Origin: a virus | Lineage: Duplodnaviria; Caudoviricetes | Virus record (IMG/VR): IMGVR_UViG_3300032038_000021 | Location: 1 to 64,000 of that record | Strand: one strand, 5' to 3' | Length of the DNA: 64,000 nucleotides | Shown: one piece after another, positions 9,695 to 20,362 of the stretch | How the letters are laid out: every line of letters begins with the position of its first letter | Position numbering within the stretch: position 1 is the first letter of the stretch | The notes under the pieces: generated by a model | Database searches by the model: none | What the model saw: only the letters and a program-made list of their open reading frames with translations | What the model was told of the DNA's origin: nothing | Made by a program: the position numbers and the translations under genes

Positions 9695-10734
9695 TCTCCT
9701 TCCTCTTTATTAGCAAACGGAGCGTTCTTGGCAATCTCTTGCATACACTTCATAATTACTCTTCTTGATTGTACGTAAGAATCTTTATAAGCCTGCAATT
9801 TAGCTCCGTATAAAGTTACTACATCCCTACATTCATAATCAAATAATTTGCATATATTTCTCTGTACGTTATTATATACATTCAATATATCAGCATATTC
9901 TTGATCAGAATATTTCGATATACTAGGAGAAAATTTCTTTAATTTATTCTTAGCAGATTTACAATTATCTTGTATTCTCTTGGAATCTTTCTTAGTCTGA
10001 GCTTGAAGTTTATGATTCTCCATATAAGGAATATAGAAATTTTTATACGTACTAGGACCGTCAAATGTAGCTTTACTATACGGTTCAGTATTACCGTCTC
10101 TGAATATTTTGAAACATTCTTCAGCAAACATTTCGTCGCTTATAACATATTCTTTATCAGATTTATTTAATAGATATTTTCTAAACCTATCTACATCATG
10201 TTGAAGGTCAATATCTGTTAATTCTAATTTATTTATAGCAACCCCAGCTGATTTAGAATCCTCTATAATACTATTAAACGCATCTATAGATTTATTCATA
10301 GAGTCAGTAAAATAATTACCCAAATCCATCCCAGGAAATTTACCAGCTTCTAAGTTAGTAAACTTCCAAACATCCCGTAAAACAAATTCTCCTCTATAAT
10401 TCTTTATCTTATTAGAAAATGCTCTAGCTTCTATATCAAATGCTTTTCCTTGACCTGCTAGAGTTACCAATAAGGAAAGAAACCTTCCAATCAATTTCTC
10501 TATTATATTAATAAAAGCTCCAATAATAGCATCTAATATCCCATAAAAATTAAATATCTTTACAGGTTTAGATCCCCAAACTTCCGTTACAAATGCTTCT
10601 TCATCTAAACGTCTAATAATATCATTATTAGCCTCTAATAAAGCATTTAGAGAATATTCAAATAAATTGGAAGATTCACTATCAGAGGAAACATTATCTT
10701 TATTTATATATAAAAGACTCTTATCTATAATCAT
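9688..10734 (-). CDS. putative virion internal/head protein
   Basis: Similar size and helical architecture to neighbours. Confidence 0.55.
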   Translation of the reverse strand: MIIDKSLLYINKDNVSSDSESSNLFEYSLNALLEANNDIIRRLDEEAFVTEVWGSKPVKIFNFYGILDAIIGAFINIIEKLIGRFLSLLVTLAGQGKAFDIEARAFSNKIKNYRGEFVLRDVWKFTNLEAGKFPGMDLGNYFTDSMNKSIDAFNSIIEDSKSAGVAINKLELTDIDLQHDVDRFRKYLLNKSDKEYVISDEMFAEECFKIFRDGNTEPYSKATFDGPSTYKNFYIPYMENHKLQAQTKKDSKRIQDNCKSAKNKLKKFSPSISKYSDQEYADILNVYNNVQRNICKLFDYECRDVVTLYGAKLQAYKDSYVQSRRVIMKCMQEIAKNAPFANKEEGEW

Positions 10735-10804
10735 AATAATCTCCTTTAAAAACAGGGAGAGGGAAGCTAATCCCTCTCCCCTAAAAGGTTAATTGAATAA
10801 TAGT

Positions 10805-11968
10805 TTAGAAACTCCAATTAAACAGAGATTCAACTTCCTCTGTATAAGTCATTGTTCCCTCAGGAATATCAGAAACTGCAGATTCATCTAAAGAACCTCC
10901 ATTAGCCGCAAAATCTTTTGCAGCCTGCTTTTGCTCTTTCTTAGCATTAGCCTTTTCTTTAGCATTGTTAATGGCTTTGCCAGGAGCTTCCTTTACTGTC
11001 TTAGCGGCAGCCTTAGCCTTATCGGTACCAGCCTCAACAGCCTTACCAAGCTTAGAAGCCTTTCCTCTAAGCTTAATAGCAAGACCTACATCCTTACAAA
11101 TAAGCTTATAATAAGAAGACAGAGCGGTTCCATAAACTAAGGTCATAGCAGCAAGATTAGCATTAATAGCATTAAGCAAATTGCTATCTACTTCTTTAGC
11201 TTTCTTAACCTCTTTCTTTTTATTATTGAGGATCTTTTCGCAATCTTTGTAGATCTTCTTGATAGCAGTATTATTACTCTTGAAATCTTTAATCAGACTA
11301 CAAATATGCTTAACTCCAGTAGCATCAAGTTTCTGACTCTTTGATTCACCTTCAAAGAACTTAACAAGATTCGCTTTAGTAAGTTCTCCGCCAATGATAT
11401 CACCAATCTTACCCTTAATATCAGCTTCTGGTGCCGAACCAAATACAACAGGATATAAATCACCGCCAGAAGAAATGAACTGCTCAAGATTTTCGAAATC
11501 TCCAGAAGTAAAGCTAATTTCTGTCTTGTCTAAAGCAGCAACAAGCTTCTCCTCGTCAAGACGACCACCAAAAGCTTTAGCAGCTTTAGCAGTAAGCTCA
11601 TTAATCTTTAGCATTGCAGCTTCGAATAATCCCTTAATCTTACCAGCAACAGCATCAATAAGCTTAAGAACCTTATCAACAAGAGCAGCACCCTTATTTA
11701 CAACAGTACCTCCGGCAGCCTTAGCCTTATCCACAAGACCAGACTTCTTGGATCCTTCTTCACCTTCACCTGCTTCTACAACATAAGAAATCGTGCAACC
11801 CGATGTCTCGAATACTCCAAGTTCGTTCAGACCGATTTCTCTCTTAAGATTATTGAATAAGACAGTGTTAGCCTCCATTACATAGAGAGTAGCCTCATCC
11901 AAAGAAGCATAAGAAGGAATATCAGACATATCTAATTCTACATCTTTAAAACTAAAAGCATTATCCAT
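10805..11968 (-). CDS. putative abundant internal head protein
   Basis: High-expression codon bias, K/A-rich tail, resembles 12003-13133. Confidence 0.6.
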   Translation of the reverse strand: MDNAFSFKDVELDMSDIPSYASLDEATLYVMEANTVLFNNLKREIGLNELGVFETSGCTISYVVEAGEGEEGSKKSGLVDKAKAAGGTVVNKGAALVDKVLKLIDAVAGKIKGLFEAAMLKINELTAKAAKAFGGRLDEEKLVAALDKTEISFTSGDFENLEQFISSGGDLYPVVFGSAPEADIKGKIGDIIGGELTKANLVKFFEGESKSQKLDATGVKHICSLIKDFKSNNTAIKKIYKDCEKILNNKKKEVKKAKEVDSNLLNAINANLAAMTLVYGTALSSYYKLICKDVGLAIKLRGKASKLGKAVEAGTDKAKAAAKTVKEAPGKAINNAKEKANAKKEQKQAAKDFAANGGSLDESAVSDIPEGTMTYTEEVESLFNWSF

Positions 11969-12002
11969 GATATTTCATCCTTTCCATTCTTATTATCTTA
12001 TA

Positions 12003-13133
12003 TTAAGCAAAAAGCTCCTCGATATAAGTTTCATTCACAACATCGATAGCCATGAACTGGTATTCGAGTTCCTCGGCAGCTTCCTTAGTAAGCTTCGACT
12101 TAACAGCTTCCTTAGCTCCCTTAGCAGCATCAGCAACCTTACCAGCCGCATTCTTTCCTGCTTCCTTAGCTTTATCACCAACAGCTTTACCAGCATTAGC
12201 AGCAAGGTCAACCTTATTACCAACAGTAAGCTTGGTTCCAAGGAGAGTACCATACTTAGTATAAAGAGCACGCTCAGCTGCAGCCTTACGAGCAAAATAA
12301 GACTTAATAACACTAAAGATCTTAACAGCACCACTCATACAAGTATTAAGTCCTGAAATAATATTACTATACTTAGCACGATCTTCCTGAGAAACTTCTT
12401 CTCCATCTTTCTTCTTGTCAAATTCAGAGATATGCTTTTTGATATCTTCAATAAGCTTATCGATAGTATTCTTAAGATCCTTATCAATCTCAGGATTCTT
12501 TACTGAATTATAAAGATTATTAAGATTAACCTTGGAGACACTCTCCTTAATGGATACCTTTTTGAAGTTTTCTTCAATAGCACTATGCAAATTTTTAATA
12601 TCGGATTCGATATCAGACTTAATACTATCAGTATCGCCAGCAACAGCCTTATTCATTTCATTGCGAACCTTGTCGATCCTAGATAAGATATTTCTCTTAA
12701 AAGCGTCAGGCTGATCAATAATTGTAACTTGACTTTCATTATCTCCAACAGCAGCAAGAAGCTTCTTCTGATCAAGCGGTCCTATCTTCTCTATAAGCAT
12801 CTTATTCTTACCAGAAAGCTCAGCAAAAACATTACTGACCTTGGCAAAGAAAGTCTTTACAATACTGAGAAACTTACTAAGAGCTTCTACAATCTTACCC
12901 CAAAATCCTTTAGCTGCAGCTTTTAAAGCACCTACTTTATCTGCTTCCGTTAAGGTAATAATACCTTTGGATTCATACGCTTCGTGAAAATCCATTTCAA
13001 GCATAGCGTCGAACATAGCCTGATCAGATTTCTGTATATCAATAGCGAATTCAAGAAGATCTGAGAACTGGAAATTCTCAAGCATTTCCTGTTCGTTAAT
13101 CTTTTGAACGGCTAAATTTGAGTAAACACCCAT
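12003..13133 (-). CDS. putative abundant internal head protein
   Basis: AACA-N6-TA motif at 13214; LTEA site; K/A-rich tail. Confidence 0.6.
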   Translation of the reverse strand: MGVYSNLAVQKINEQEMLENFQFSDLLEFAIDIQKSDQAMFDAMLEMDFHEAYESKGIITLTEADKVGALKAAAKGFWGKIVEALSKFLSIVKTFFAKVSNVFAELSGKNKMLIEKIGPLDQKKLLAAVGDNESQVTIIDQPDAFKRNILSRIDKVRNEMNKAVAGDTDSIKSDIESDIKNLHSAIEENFKKVSIKESVSKVNLNNLYNSVKNPEIDKDLKNTIDKLIEDIKKHISEFDKKKDGEEVSQEDRAKYSNIISGLNTCMSGAVKIFSVIKSYFARKAAAERALYTKYGTLLGTKLTVGNKVDLAANAGKAVGDKAKEAGKNAAGKVADAAKGAKEAVKSKLTKEAAEELEYQFMAIDVVNETYIEELFA

Positions 13134-13235
13134 CTTTAATTCCTCCTATTAAAAATTTAATAAAGTATTTCAGCTTATCTTAAAAGCGTAAAATAATACT
13201 ATTATAATTATGTTTTGTCTTAAGAGATTATCATT

Positions 13236-14486
13236 TTATATAGTATTACGTTCATATAGATCGGCAGCTTCAAAAGGAGATTCAAATTTAAACGGCTCAT
13301 AACCTTCTGTTATGACGGATTCAAATATAGAACCCCAAACTTCACCATCGTCATTATCATTTTCAGTATCTATATCGTTCGGATCATATTTTCTATTTTC
13401 ATTACCACTATCTTTATCAGCTTTAGACTTAGCAGTATTATAATCTATAGAGAGTTCGTTAGCTCTCTTTCTATTCTTAGCAGCTTTCTCCATCTGCTTC
13501 TTATAAATTTCTTTTCTCTTCTTCTCGGGAATTTCCTGATTCTCCATAACCTTATAAGCATTCATTTCACAGAAATCGGCAATATCAGCAAAATGATCTG
13601 ACATCTTCTGTTTCTGATAATAATAGAAGTAAACCACACTTCTAATCATAGGAAGGAAAAACTTTGCCAACCAGACAAATACTTTCTCGAAAGCATAAAT
13701 AGAGATATTCTTAATCCCTCCAAAGAATCCTTCCTTTAAATTCTTATCATCGTCATGAATAGCAACAAAAGTATCATTCTCAATCTCTTCATCGGTAAGA
13801 TACGGATGATCCTTTTCTATCTCTACTTGTCTACGATCTAAAAGATCTGCAGATTCTCTTCTGGCAATACTTCTACTCATAGTAATATTTAAAGCATCGT
13901 CTAATTGTCTTGACTGGCAAGATTCATTAAAATCTGCTAAAGATCTAAATAAGAGATTTTGTCCGGTCTTTTGATATGCTGTTTTATCTACAGCAACTTC
14001 AAAAGTATCACTACCAGGATCTTTAATATATTCAATACAACAAGAGATCAAGAATGCTGTAGATTCTACAACAGCCATAGCCATTGTATTATAAGTCAGT
14101 ATAGATAAAGAACTACCGATAATAAAAGCTTTACTAAATAAAGTCCTTCTATCTTTAATATTCTTTATCGCATTGATTACAGTATCTACAGGAGCAGTAT
14201 TCTCATGATACTCTACCACAATCCTTCTGAGAATATCAAGGGATTCTACTATCTGAGGATAATTCTGAATCTTAGTAATATCTCCACGAGAATATTCTAC
14301 AGAAGAATAATCTACCTTAGTAGCTTTGGCCTGAATCTTATCATAGAGCTTACTTGTTAATGCTACTAAGAATTGATTCTGAGAAGATTCATTTAAATTA
14401 TTTACCAGTTTAAGATTCTCTAAAGTAGAGAGATCAAGATACTCTCTAAACACTTCACCAACTTCTTGCGTTATCATAAAGAGCAC
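13236..14486 (-). CDS. putative virion structural protein
   Basis: Late operon context. Confidence 0.55.
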   Translation of the reverse strand: MLFMITQEVGEVFREYLDLSTLENLKLVNNLNESSQNQFLVALTSKLYDKIQAKATKVDYSSVEYSRGDITKIQNYPQIVESLDILRRIVVEYHENTAPVDTVINAIKNIKDRRTLFSKAFIIGSSLSILTYNTMAMAVVESTAFLISCCIEYIKDPGSDTFEVAVDKTAYQKTGQNLLFRSLADFNESCQSRQLDDALNITMSRSIARRESADLLDRRQVEIEKDHPYLTDEEIENDTFVAIHDDDKNLKEGFFGGIKNISIYAFEKVFVWLAKFFLPMIRSVVYFYYYQKQKMSDHFADIADFCEMNAYKVMENQEIPEKKRKEIYKKQMEKAAKNRKRANELSIDYNTAKSKADKDSGNENRKYDPNDIDTENDNDDGEVWGSIFESVITEGYEPFKFESPFEAADLYERNTI

Positions 14487-14494
14487 CTCCTCTC

Positions 14495-16096
14495 TTAACG
14501 CGACTTATTCAGTAAATCAATTACCTGCTTATAAGATTTATCATTTTCTCTTTGTAATGCGGAGAATGACAGATCTTCAAAATAAGCATCACCATCGTAA
14601 ATAAAATGAGCTACTTCTAATTGCTCGTCTACAATACATAAAGCCATAAGATTATAATGATCCATAAACTCTACACAAGTAGCCGGGTTGTTCATATCTA
14701 TATTATACTCATCTTTTATCATATCTACTTCTTGCTGCGTAATAACAAGAGTTGCTATAGCAGCAGATCCGTTCTGCATTCTAGCTAATCTATTAAGTTT
14801 AGATCTATTAGACCTAGCCTGAAGAGATCTCCAAATCTGATTCGTCTTACTAAGCTTAGAATCTTTCTTAGCTTGAATTTTAGCCATCTGAACACTAGCT
14901 AAGAAATCTTTAGTAAACTTAGTCTCACCAGTAGTAGATTTAATAAGACCTTTCATATCAGGTTTATTGTTATGGAAATTAACAATACGGTCTATAATAT
15001 CATTAGAAGAACAAGGTACTAATCTAGACTTAACACCAGCTACAAATTCATCTGATATATAGAGATTAGCATCAGAAGGATTAGCTTTAGGATCAGTAAC
15101 CTGATAACGAAGAACAATCATTGTAGGGATTAATTCATTCGCTTTCTTCACATCCGTAGCAGAGAGATTCTGTTGGATATTATAATGCTTCTGTTGATAT
15201 CTATCATTTACATCTCTCTGAGCATCTCTACGTCTATTATAAGAGTCATTACTAGCATCTCTCGATCTTCTATAAGCTTCATCGTCACGATTAGCGTTAT
15301 AGTTTAAAGCCTGTACACTATTTCTGTATTGATCTTGGGCTCGTCTATATTCTCTATCAGCTTGACGTTCTTTTCTATCCTCTTCACGTTCTGCTTTTCT
15401 GGTGTTTTCTTTTTCTCTAGCAGCATCCCTATTTGCTTCAGCATTATTTACATCATGTACAAATTTATATCTATCAAGTTGCTCTTTTTCTAACTTTTTT
15501 ATATCTTCATATGTCATAGGAGCTTCAAGCATTACTTGAGGAGATCCGTAAGAATCTACAACATAGTAGTTATTAATAGATACTTCATTAATACTACTAT
15601 CAGGATAAGTGTGAGTAAGCGATTCTAAGAATTCTTCTCTCATTTGCTCAGCAAGAATACTATACATTCCACTTAACGGAATACCAGATTCAAACATAGC
15701 ATCTTTAAATGCTAATAATGAATCTATATAATCATCTACATTATACTTTATTCCCATATTATTATGAATCTGGGAAACTACATCTATACCATTATAACCA
15801 GTGAAATGAGCTGCAGCAGCAAGCATCTGTATCATGGTTACGTTCTTGAGCTCAATCGCTTTATTAATAATAGCTGCTGTATTGCCAGATACAGCATCAC
15901 TACAAATTGTTGGAAAAGACATTGTAAGATTCTTAGTAGCTCGTGCTATAGATGAGGAATGAGTTAATCTATCGGCTTTAATTTTTGCCAAATTAGATTT
16001 GTATTTACGCTTAAATTCAACTGCTTTACTAAACGCACTAAACAGATCGCCGATAACACTCTCATCTAATGTAATATATTGATAATTAGACGGCAT
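14495..16096 (-). CDS. putative virion structural protein
   Basis: Late motif at 16143; central charged coiled coil. Confidence 0.55.
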   Translation of the reverse strand: MPSNYQYITLDESVIGDLFSAFSKAVEFKRKYKSNLAKIKADRLTHSSSIARATKNLTMSFPTICSDAVSGNTAAIINKAIELKNVTMIQMLAAAAHFTGYNGIDVVSQIHNNMGIKYNVDDYIDSLLAFKDAMFESGIPLSGMYSILAEQMREEFLESLTHTYPDSSINEVSINNYYVVDSYGSPQVMLEAPMTYEDIKKLEKEQLDRYKFVHDVNNAEANRDAAREKENTRKAEREEDRKERQADREYRRAQDQYRNSVQALNYNANRDDEAYRRSRDASNDSYNRRRDAQRDVNDRYQQKHYNIQQNLSATDVKKANELIPTMIVLRYQVTDPKANPSDANLYISDEFVAGVKSRLVPCSSNDIIDRIVNFHNNKPDMKGLIKSTTGETKFTKDFLASVQMAKIQAKKDSKLSKTNQIWRSLQARSNRSKLNRLARMQNGSAAIATLVITQQEVDMIKDEYNIDMNNPATCVEFMDHYNLMALCIVDEQLEVAHFIYDGDAYFEDLSFSALQRENDKSYKQVIDLLNKSR

Positions 16097-16201
16097 ACCT
16101 TTTAGCCCTCCTTTTCTTTAAAAAGTTATATTACACGAATGTTAAGGTAGTAGCCCCTCAACATCCATATAATTGATGCTATAAAGGGGGATTTAGAGCC
16201 T

Positions 16202-17626
16202 ATGAGCGTTGAATCAAGTCTTGCAAATCCAAGAGCAAATAACTCTAATACTCAGTCTATACAAGATAAGATGAATCAATTATATAATAATAGATTCTCT
16301 TTTAATGGACTATCTCTACCACAAGGTATGGTAGAAGATTCTAATATTATTAATACTCCTTATGCCAATGTAGCAAATGGGGGAGTAAATAATAAGAATG
16401 GTAAAGCTGTAACTAGTGCTGATTTAGATAAAAGAACAGACCATGAAATATTATCACCATCAAATACAGTACAGTCTGTAGATCAAACAGCAGAAGAAAT
16501 TGCTACGAATAATAATATTCTTGAGAATAATACATATAGTACTATTGTAAAAGGAATGTATCACGATTCTAATACAGCTAGTCATAAAGATATGTACCAT
16601 TCCGCCAATATCTTTTCTGGTACAGAGACTACGAAAAGTATATTTAATGAAAGATATAGATATGGTGTATTAAATTTATATCAGAATATATCTACTGCCA
16701 GAGAAGTTTTGTTTTTTACTAAACCAGATTTAGCTATATTTGGGGATGGGGACGGCTACAACCCCAAGACTAAACTTAATACTGTATTAGAAAAAGATCC
16801 TTTTTTCGTTGATTTGAAAAATAGATATCCGGAAGTATTATATGCTCTCCAGTCTTCATGTGGTTCAATATATAAAGAGCATAAATGTCCTTTTAATAAT
16901 CTATTGGGAAATATGGTTCAATCTAATTTAGACGTACCTGCTACTACAGCAGAAATGATAGAAACTCCTGCTAATATGTATGGTGTAAGTTATAAATATA
17001 GAGGATCGTCTGAAGGTGGAGACGACAATCATACGTTTTCATTAGAATTTAAAGATACTAAATATCTTCCTGTATATAATTTCTTTAAAGCATACGACTT
17101 ATATGAGATATATAAGCATCATGGTCTTATAACTCCTAAAATAGAATATATTATAAATAAAGTACTCCACGATCAATATTCTATATATAAATTTATATTA
17201 GATGAAGATATGGAGACTATTATATTCTACGCAAAATATTATGGAGTAAAATCATTAAATCTTCCTAGAGATGTATTTAATTCTACTAGTTATGATAATG
17301 GAATATCTTATTCTGTTGATTTTGATGCAGCTTTTGTAGAGGATAGTAATCCTTTAATTCTAGCTGATTTCAATGCTCTTGCTTACGATTATTTCAAGGC
17401 ACAACCTAATGTGATTCCTGTATTTAATGTCTCTAAAGGTGAAGTGGATATGAGAACCGCTAAATGTGCTATAGTAGTAAGAGAGAAAAATGGTAGTAGT
17501 GTATCACAAATAGTTGGTAAAGATAGTAGTAAAGATTTTAGTTATAATGGAAAAGGAAAATTACTATCTCACGTACCTGGTGGTGTAGTATATAAGCTTA
17601 AATGGAAAGGAGATCAAACCGTATGA
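16202..17626 (+). CDS. putative baseplate/tail-tube-like structural protein
   Basis: Late motif at 16160; LFFTKPDL and FSLEFKDT tube-like beta motifs; precedes wedge gene. Confidence 0.5.
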   Translation: MSVESSLANPRANNSNTQSIQDKMNQLYNNRFSFNGLSLPQGMVEDSNIINTPYANVANGGVNNKNGKAVTSADLDKRTDHEILSPSNTVQSVDQTAEEIATNNNILENNTYSTIVKGMYHDSNTASHKDMYHSANIFSGTETTKSIFNERYRYGVLNLYQNISTAREVLFFTKPDLAIFGDGDGYNPKTKLNTVLEKDPFFVDLKNRYPEVLYALQSSCGSIYKEHKCPFNNLLGNMVQSNLDVPATTAEMIETPANMYGVSYKYRGSSEGGDDNHTFSLEFKDTKYLPVYNFFKAYDLYEIYKHHGLITPKIEYIINKVLHDQYSIYKFILDEDMETIIFYAKYYGVKSLNLPRDVFNSTSYDNGISYSVDFDAAFVEDSNPLILADFNALAYDYFKAQPNVIPVFNVSKGEVDMRTAKCAIVVREKNGSSVSQIVGKDSSKDFSYNGKGKLLSHVPGGVVYKLKWKGDQTV

Positions 17627-20340
17627 GTTCGTCTCTTACACATTCAGAATGGGATATATCTACAGATGTATATTCCATCGTTGAAATGGTAGATAATTTA
17701 AAAAAGAAATATGTAGAAGACGAAGACGAGACTACATTAGCTCTCGGTATTTTTGGTTTCCTCGGAGATATAGAAGCTAAAAAGATTCAGACTTCTACAA
17801 TTATGGCCGGAGAATTAGGAAATGAAATGTTTCCTGCTAGAGCTAGACTTACTAAGAATATATTAGCTCATGCAATATATGCTAATATCGATGGTATTAA
17901 TGCTACTCCTGCTAGAATGACTGTGAATATTGGTGTAAGAGAATCTGATTTAGATGAGTATATGAATAATAATGAGTTTATATTCTCTAAAGATGCCGGT
18001 ATATACATTGGTAATTATGAATATCATTTAGATTATGATATTATATTTAAGAGATATAAACCAAATGCTAAAGAGAATTATATCTATACTGCTATATATG
18101 ATATGGATGAAAAGAATAATATCTCTCAGATTAATAATGCTTATCTAATTCAACCACTAAATCAGATATTCAATAATAATCATTATATATTCTTCACTAC
18201 TCATATACACCAAGTTCATATAGAGTATATATCAGATACTCTAATTAGTGAATCAATTATAGATAATAAAACCTTTAGTTTTGATTTTGCAGATCAGTTA
18301 GCAGATTTTGAAGTATATATTACAGAAAATGGAGAAACAACCAGATTAACTCCATTATTCTACGGATCTCCAATAGAGAATACTGTAGATAAATATTGCT
18401 GGTATTTATATACCAATGATAATACTGTAAGAATATCTTTTGATTCTAATTCTTATATGCCTGGTATAAATGCTGAGATAAATATTACAGTAAGAACTAC
18501 TCTGGGAGCAGAAGCATTATTTGCTTATAAAGATAATAATGAGAATGATATATATTGTGATTTTGCTTCTGAATATACTAAGAATAAAAAGATTACATGT
18601 TTTGTAAGATGTGCTACCGGATCTGAAGATGGTAAAGATGCAAAGTCTGTAGAAGAATTAAAAGCAATTATTCCGAAGATGGCTTTGAGTAGAGGTTATA
18701 TTACTACAGAGACAGACTTGAATAATTATTTTAATATTATATCAGATGAGAATAATATGATTAGACTTCAGAAGAAAGTAGATAATCAGTTATATAGATT
18801 ATGGTACGCTTATTATATACTCAGAGACGACAATAATAATATTATTCCTACGAATACGGTTCATATACATTTTGATCCGTTTGCATCATATGTAACCGTA
18901 GCGAATGATAACAGATATGTAGTACCTGCTGGAAGTGTATTTAGATATGATGTACTGACAGATACTGCTGAATATATAAATGAATCAAATGTACCAACAC
19001 CGTATTCAGATGAATATTTCTATAATAAACCAGAATACGATGAAAATAATAAAGAAACTAAAACTTGGAGAAGTAGATACTTCTATTATAAGACAATTCA
19101 TAATATCGTGGTAAATGATAATCCTTTATATGCTGCTTATTATATGACTACAGTAAATAAGGATAGTTATTTTAATTACTATTGGATTAATGAAGATGCT
19201 TATATAGGATTTACTACTATAAGAAATCATTTTGAGAGAACTTTATTAGAAAATTCTAATGATTATAGATTCACCTTTACTATAGCTCAATCAGTAAATA
19301 CCGACTTAGGATTATTATCAGCTACAGAAGATGGTAAAGTAGAAAGTTGTAATATCAAATGCTTTTTGGTGATATACGACGAAGGAGAGCCGTATAGATA
19401 TCAAGAATGTGAATTAACCGCTTATAGTGTAGATAGTTATACCACTTCTTGGATCGCTACTCTCACCACAGATAATGAATTTGATAGGCATAATAAACTT
19501 CAGATATGTAATGTATTTGAATATGGATTAAACGGTTATAATAGTGGATTCTTTAGCAATAATTGTCAGGCTTATTTATATATAGCAGCTAAATTAGATA
19601 CTGTATATAAAGACGAGAATATGCTATTATCTAAACTTTGTCCTGGATTAGATGATTATTCCTTATTATCTATATATGAAGTAGAAGGAGGATTAACGTT
19701 CTACGAAAACTTTACAGATATTATCAATACCAAGATAATAAGAAATACTTCTCCGGATAAAAAACTGTTTGATTATGATATATTTAACGTACCGATGGTA
19801 GGATTACATTACTTCAAATCTGAAGATGATGTAGCATTTTTAGTAAATTCTCTTGCTGATAGAAAGAAACATATAGATTATTGTGCTTCTATCATAGAGA
19901 ATACAATGAAAGTGGATTTTAAATTCTTTAATAGTTATGGTCCTTCTAAGATCTATAATCTTGGAGATAAAGACAGAACGAAACTTGATCATTTGGATCT
20001 TGAATTTAAATTTAGACTTAAACTCTCTGGAGCTTCTGATCTTGCTACGAAGGACTCTATTAGAGATTGGATTAAGAATTATATAGAAAATCTTAATAAT
20101 GCAATGACTGATCTTCATATACCAAATCTTATTCATGATATTAAAGAAGTATATGGAGAATCAATTGTCTATATAGAATATATGAACTATAATGAAAATA
20201 GATTAGGTATTCAGCATATAGAATTATCTCCTATAACGGATGTAAATGCTGTACCAGAATTCATTAGTGTTCGTAATAAATTAGCTGACGATGGTACTAC
20301 TTTAGTACCGTGTATTGATATAGAATTAGTAACAGATTAA
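17623..20340 (+). CDS. putative baseplate wedge subunit (T4 gp6-like)
   Basis: ELGNEMFPARA N-terminus, TTLGA, GSEDGKD.KSVEELK...ITTETDL motifs. Confidence 0.65.
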   Translation: MSSSLTHSEWDISTDVYSIVEMVDNLKKKYVEDEDETTLALGIFGFLGDIEAKKIQTSTIMAGELGNEMFPARARLTKNILAHAIYANIDGINATPARMTVNIGVRESDLDEYMNNNEFIFSKDAGIYIGNYEYHLDYDIIFKRYKPNAKENYIYTAIYDMDEKNNISQINNAYLIQPLNQIFNNNHYIFFTTHIHQVHIEYISDTLISESIIDNKTFSFDFADQLADFEVYITENGETTRLTPLFYGSPIENTVDKYCWYLYTNDNTVRISFDSNSYMPGINAEINITVRTTLGAEALFAYKDNNENDIYCDFASEYTKNKKITCFVRCATGSEDGKDAKSVEELKAIIPKMALSRGYITTETDLNNYFNIISDENNMIRLQKKVDNQLYRLWYAYYILRDDNNNIIPTNTVHIHFDPFASYVTVANDNRYVVPAGSVFRYDVLTDTAEYINESNVPTPYSDEYFYNKPEYDENNKETKTWRSRYFYYKTIHNIVVNDNPLYAAYYMTTVNKDSYFNYYWINEDAYIGFTTIRNHFERTLLENSNDYRFTFTIAQSVNTDLGLLSATEDGKVESCNIKCFLVIYDEGEPYRYQECELTAYSVDSYTTSWIATLTTDNEFDRHNKLQICNVFEYGLNGYNSGFFSNNCQAYLYIAAKLDTVYKDENMLLSKLCPGLDDYSLLSIYEVEGGLTFYENFTDIINTKIIRNTSPDKKLFDYDIFNVPMVGLHYFKSEDDVAFLVNSLADRKKHIDYCASIIENTMKVDFKFFNSYGPSKIYNLGDKDRTKLDHLDLEFKFRLKLSGASDLATKDSIRDWIKNYIENLNNAMTDLHIPNLIHDIKEVYGESIVYIEYMNYNENRLGIQHIELSPITDVNAVPEFISVRNKLADDGTTLVPCIDIELVTD

Positions 20341-20362
20341 TCTATAAGGAGGATAACCTCAA

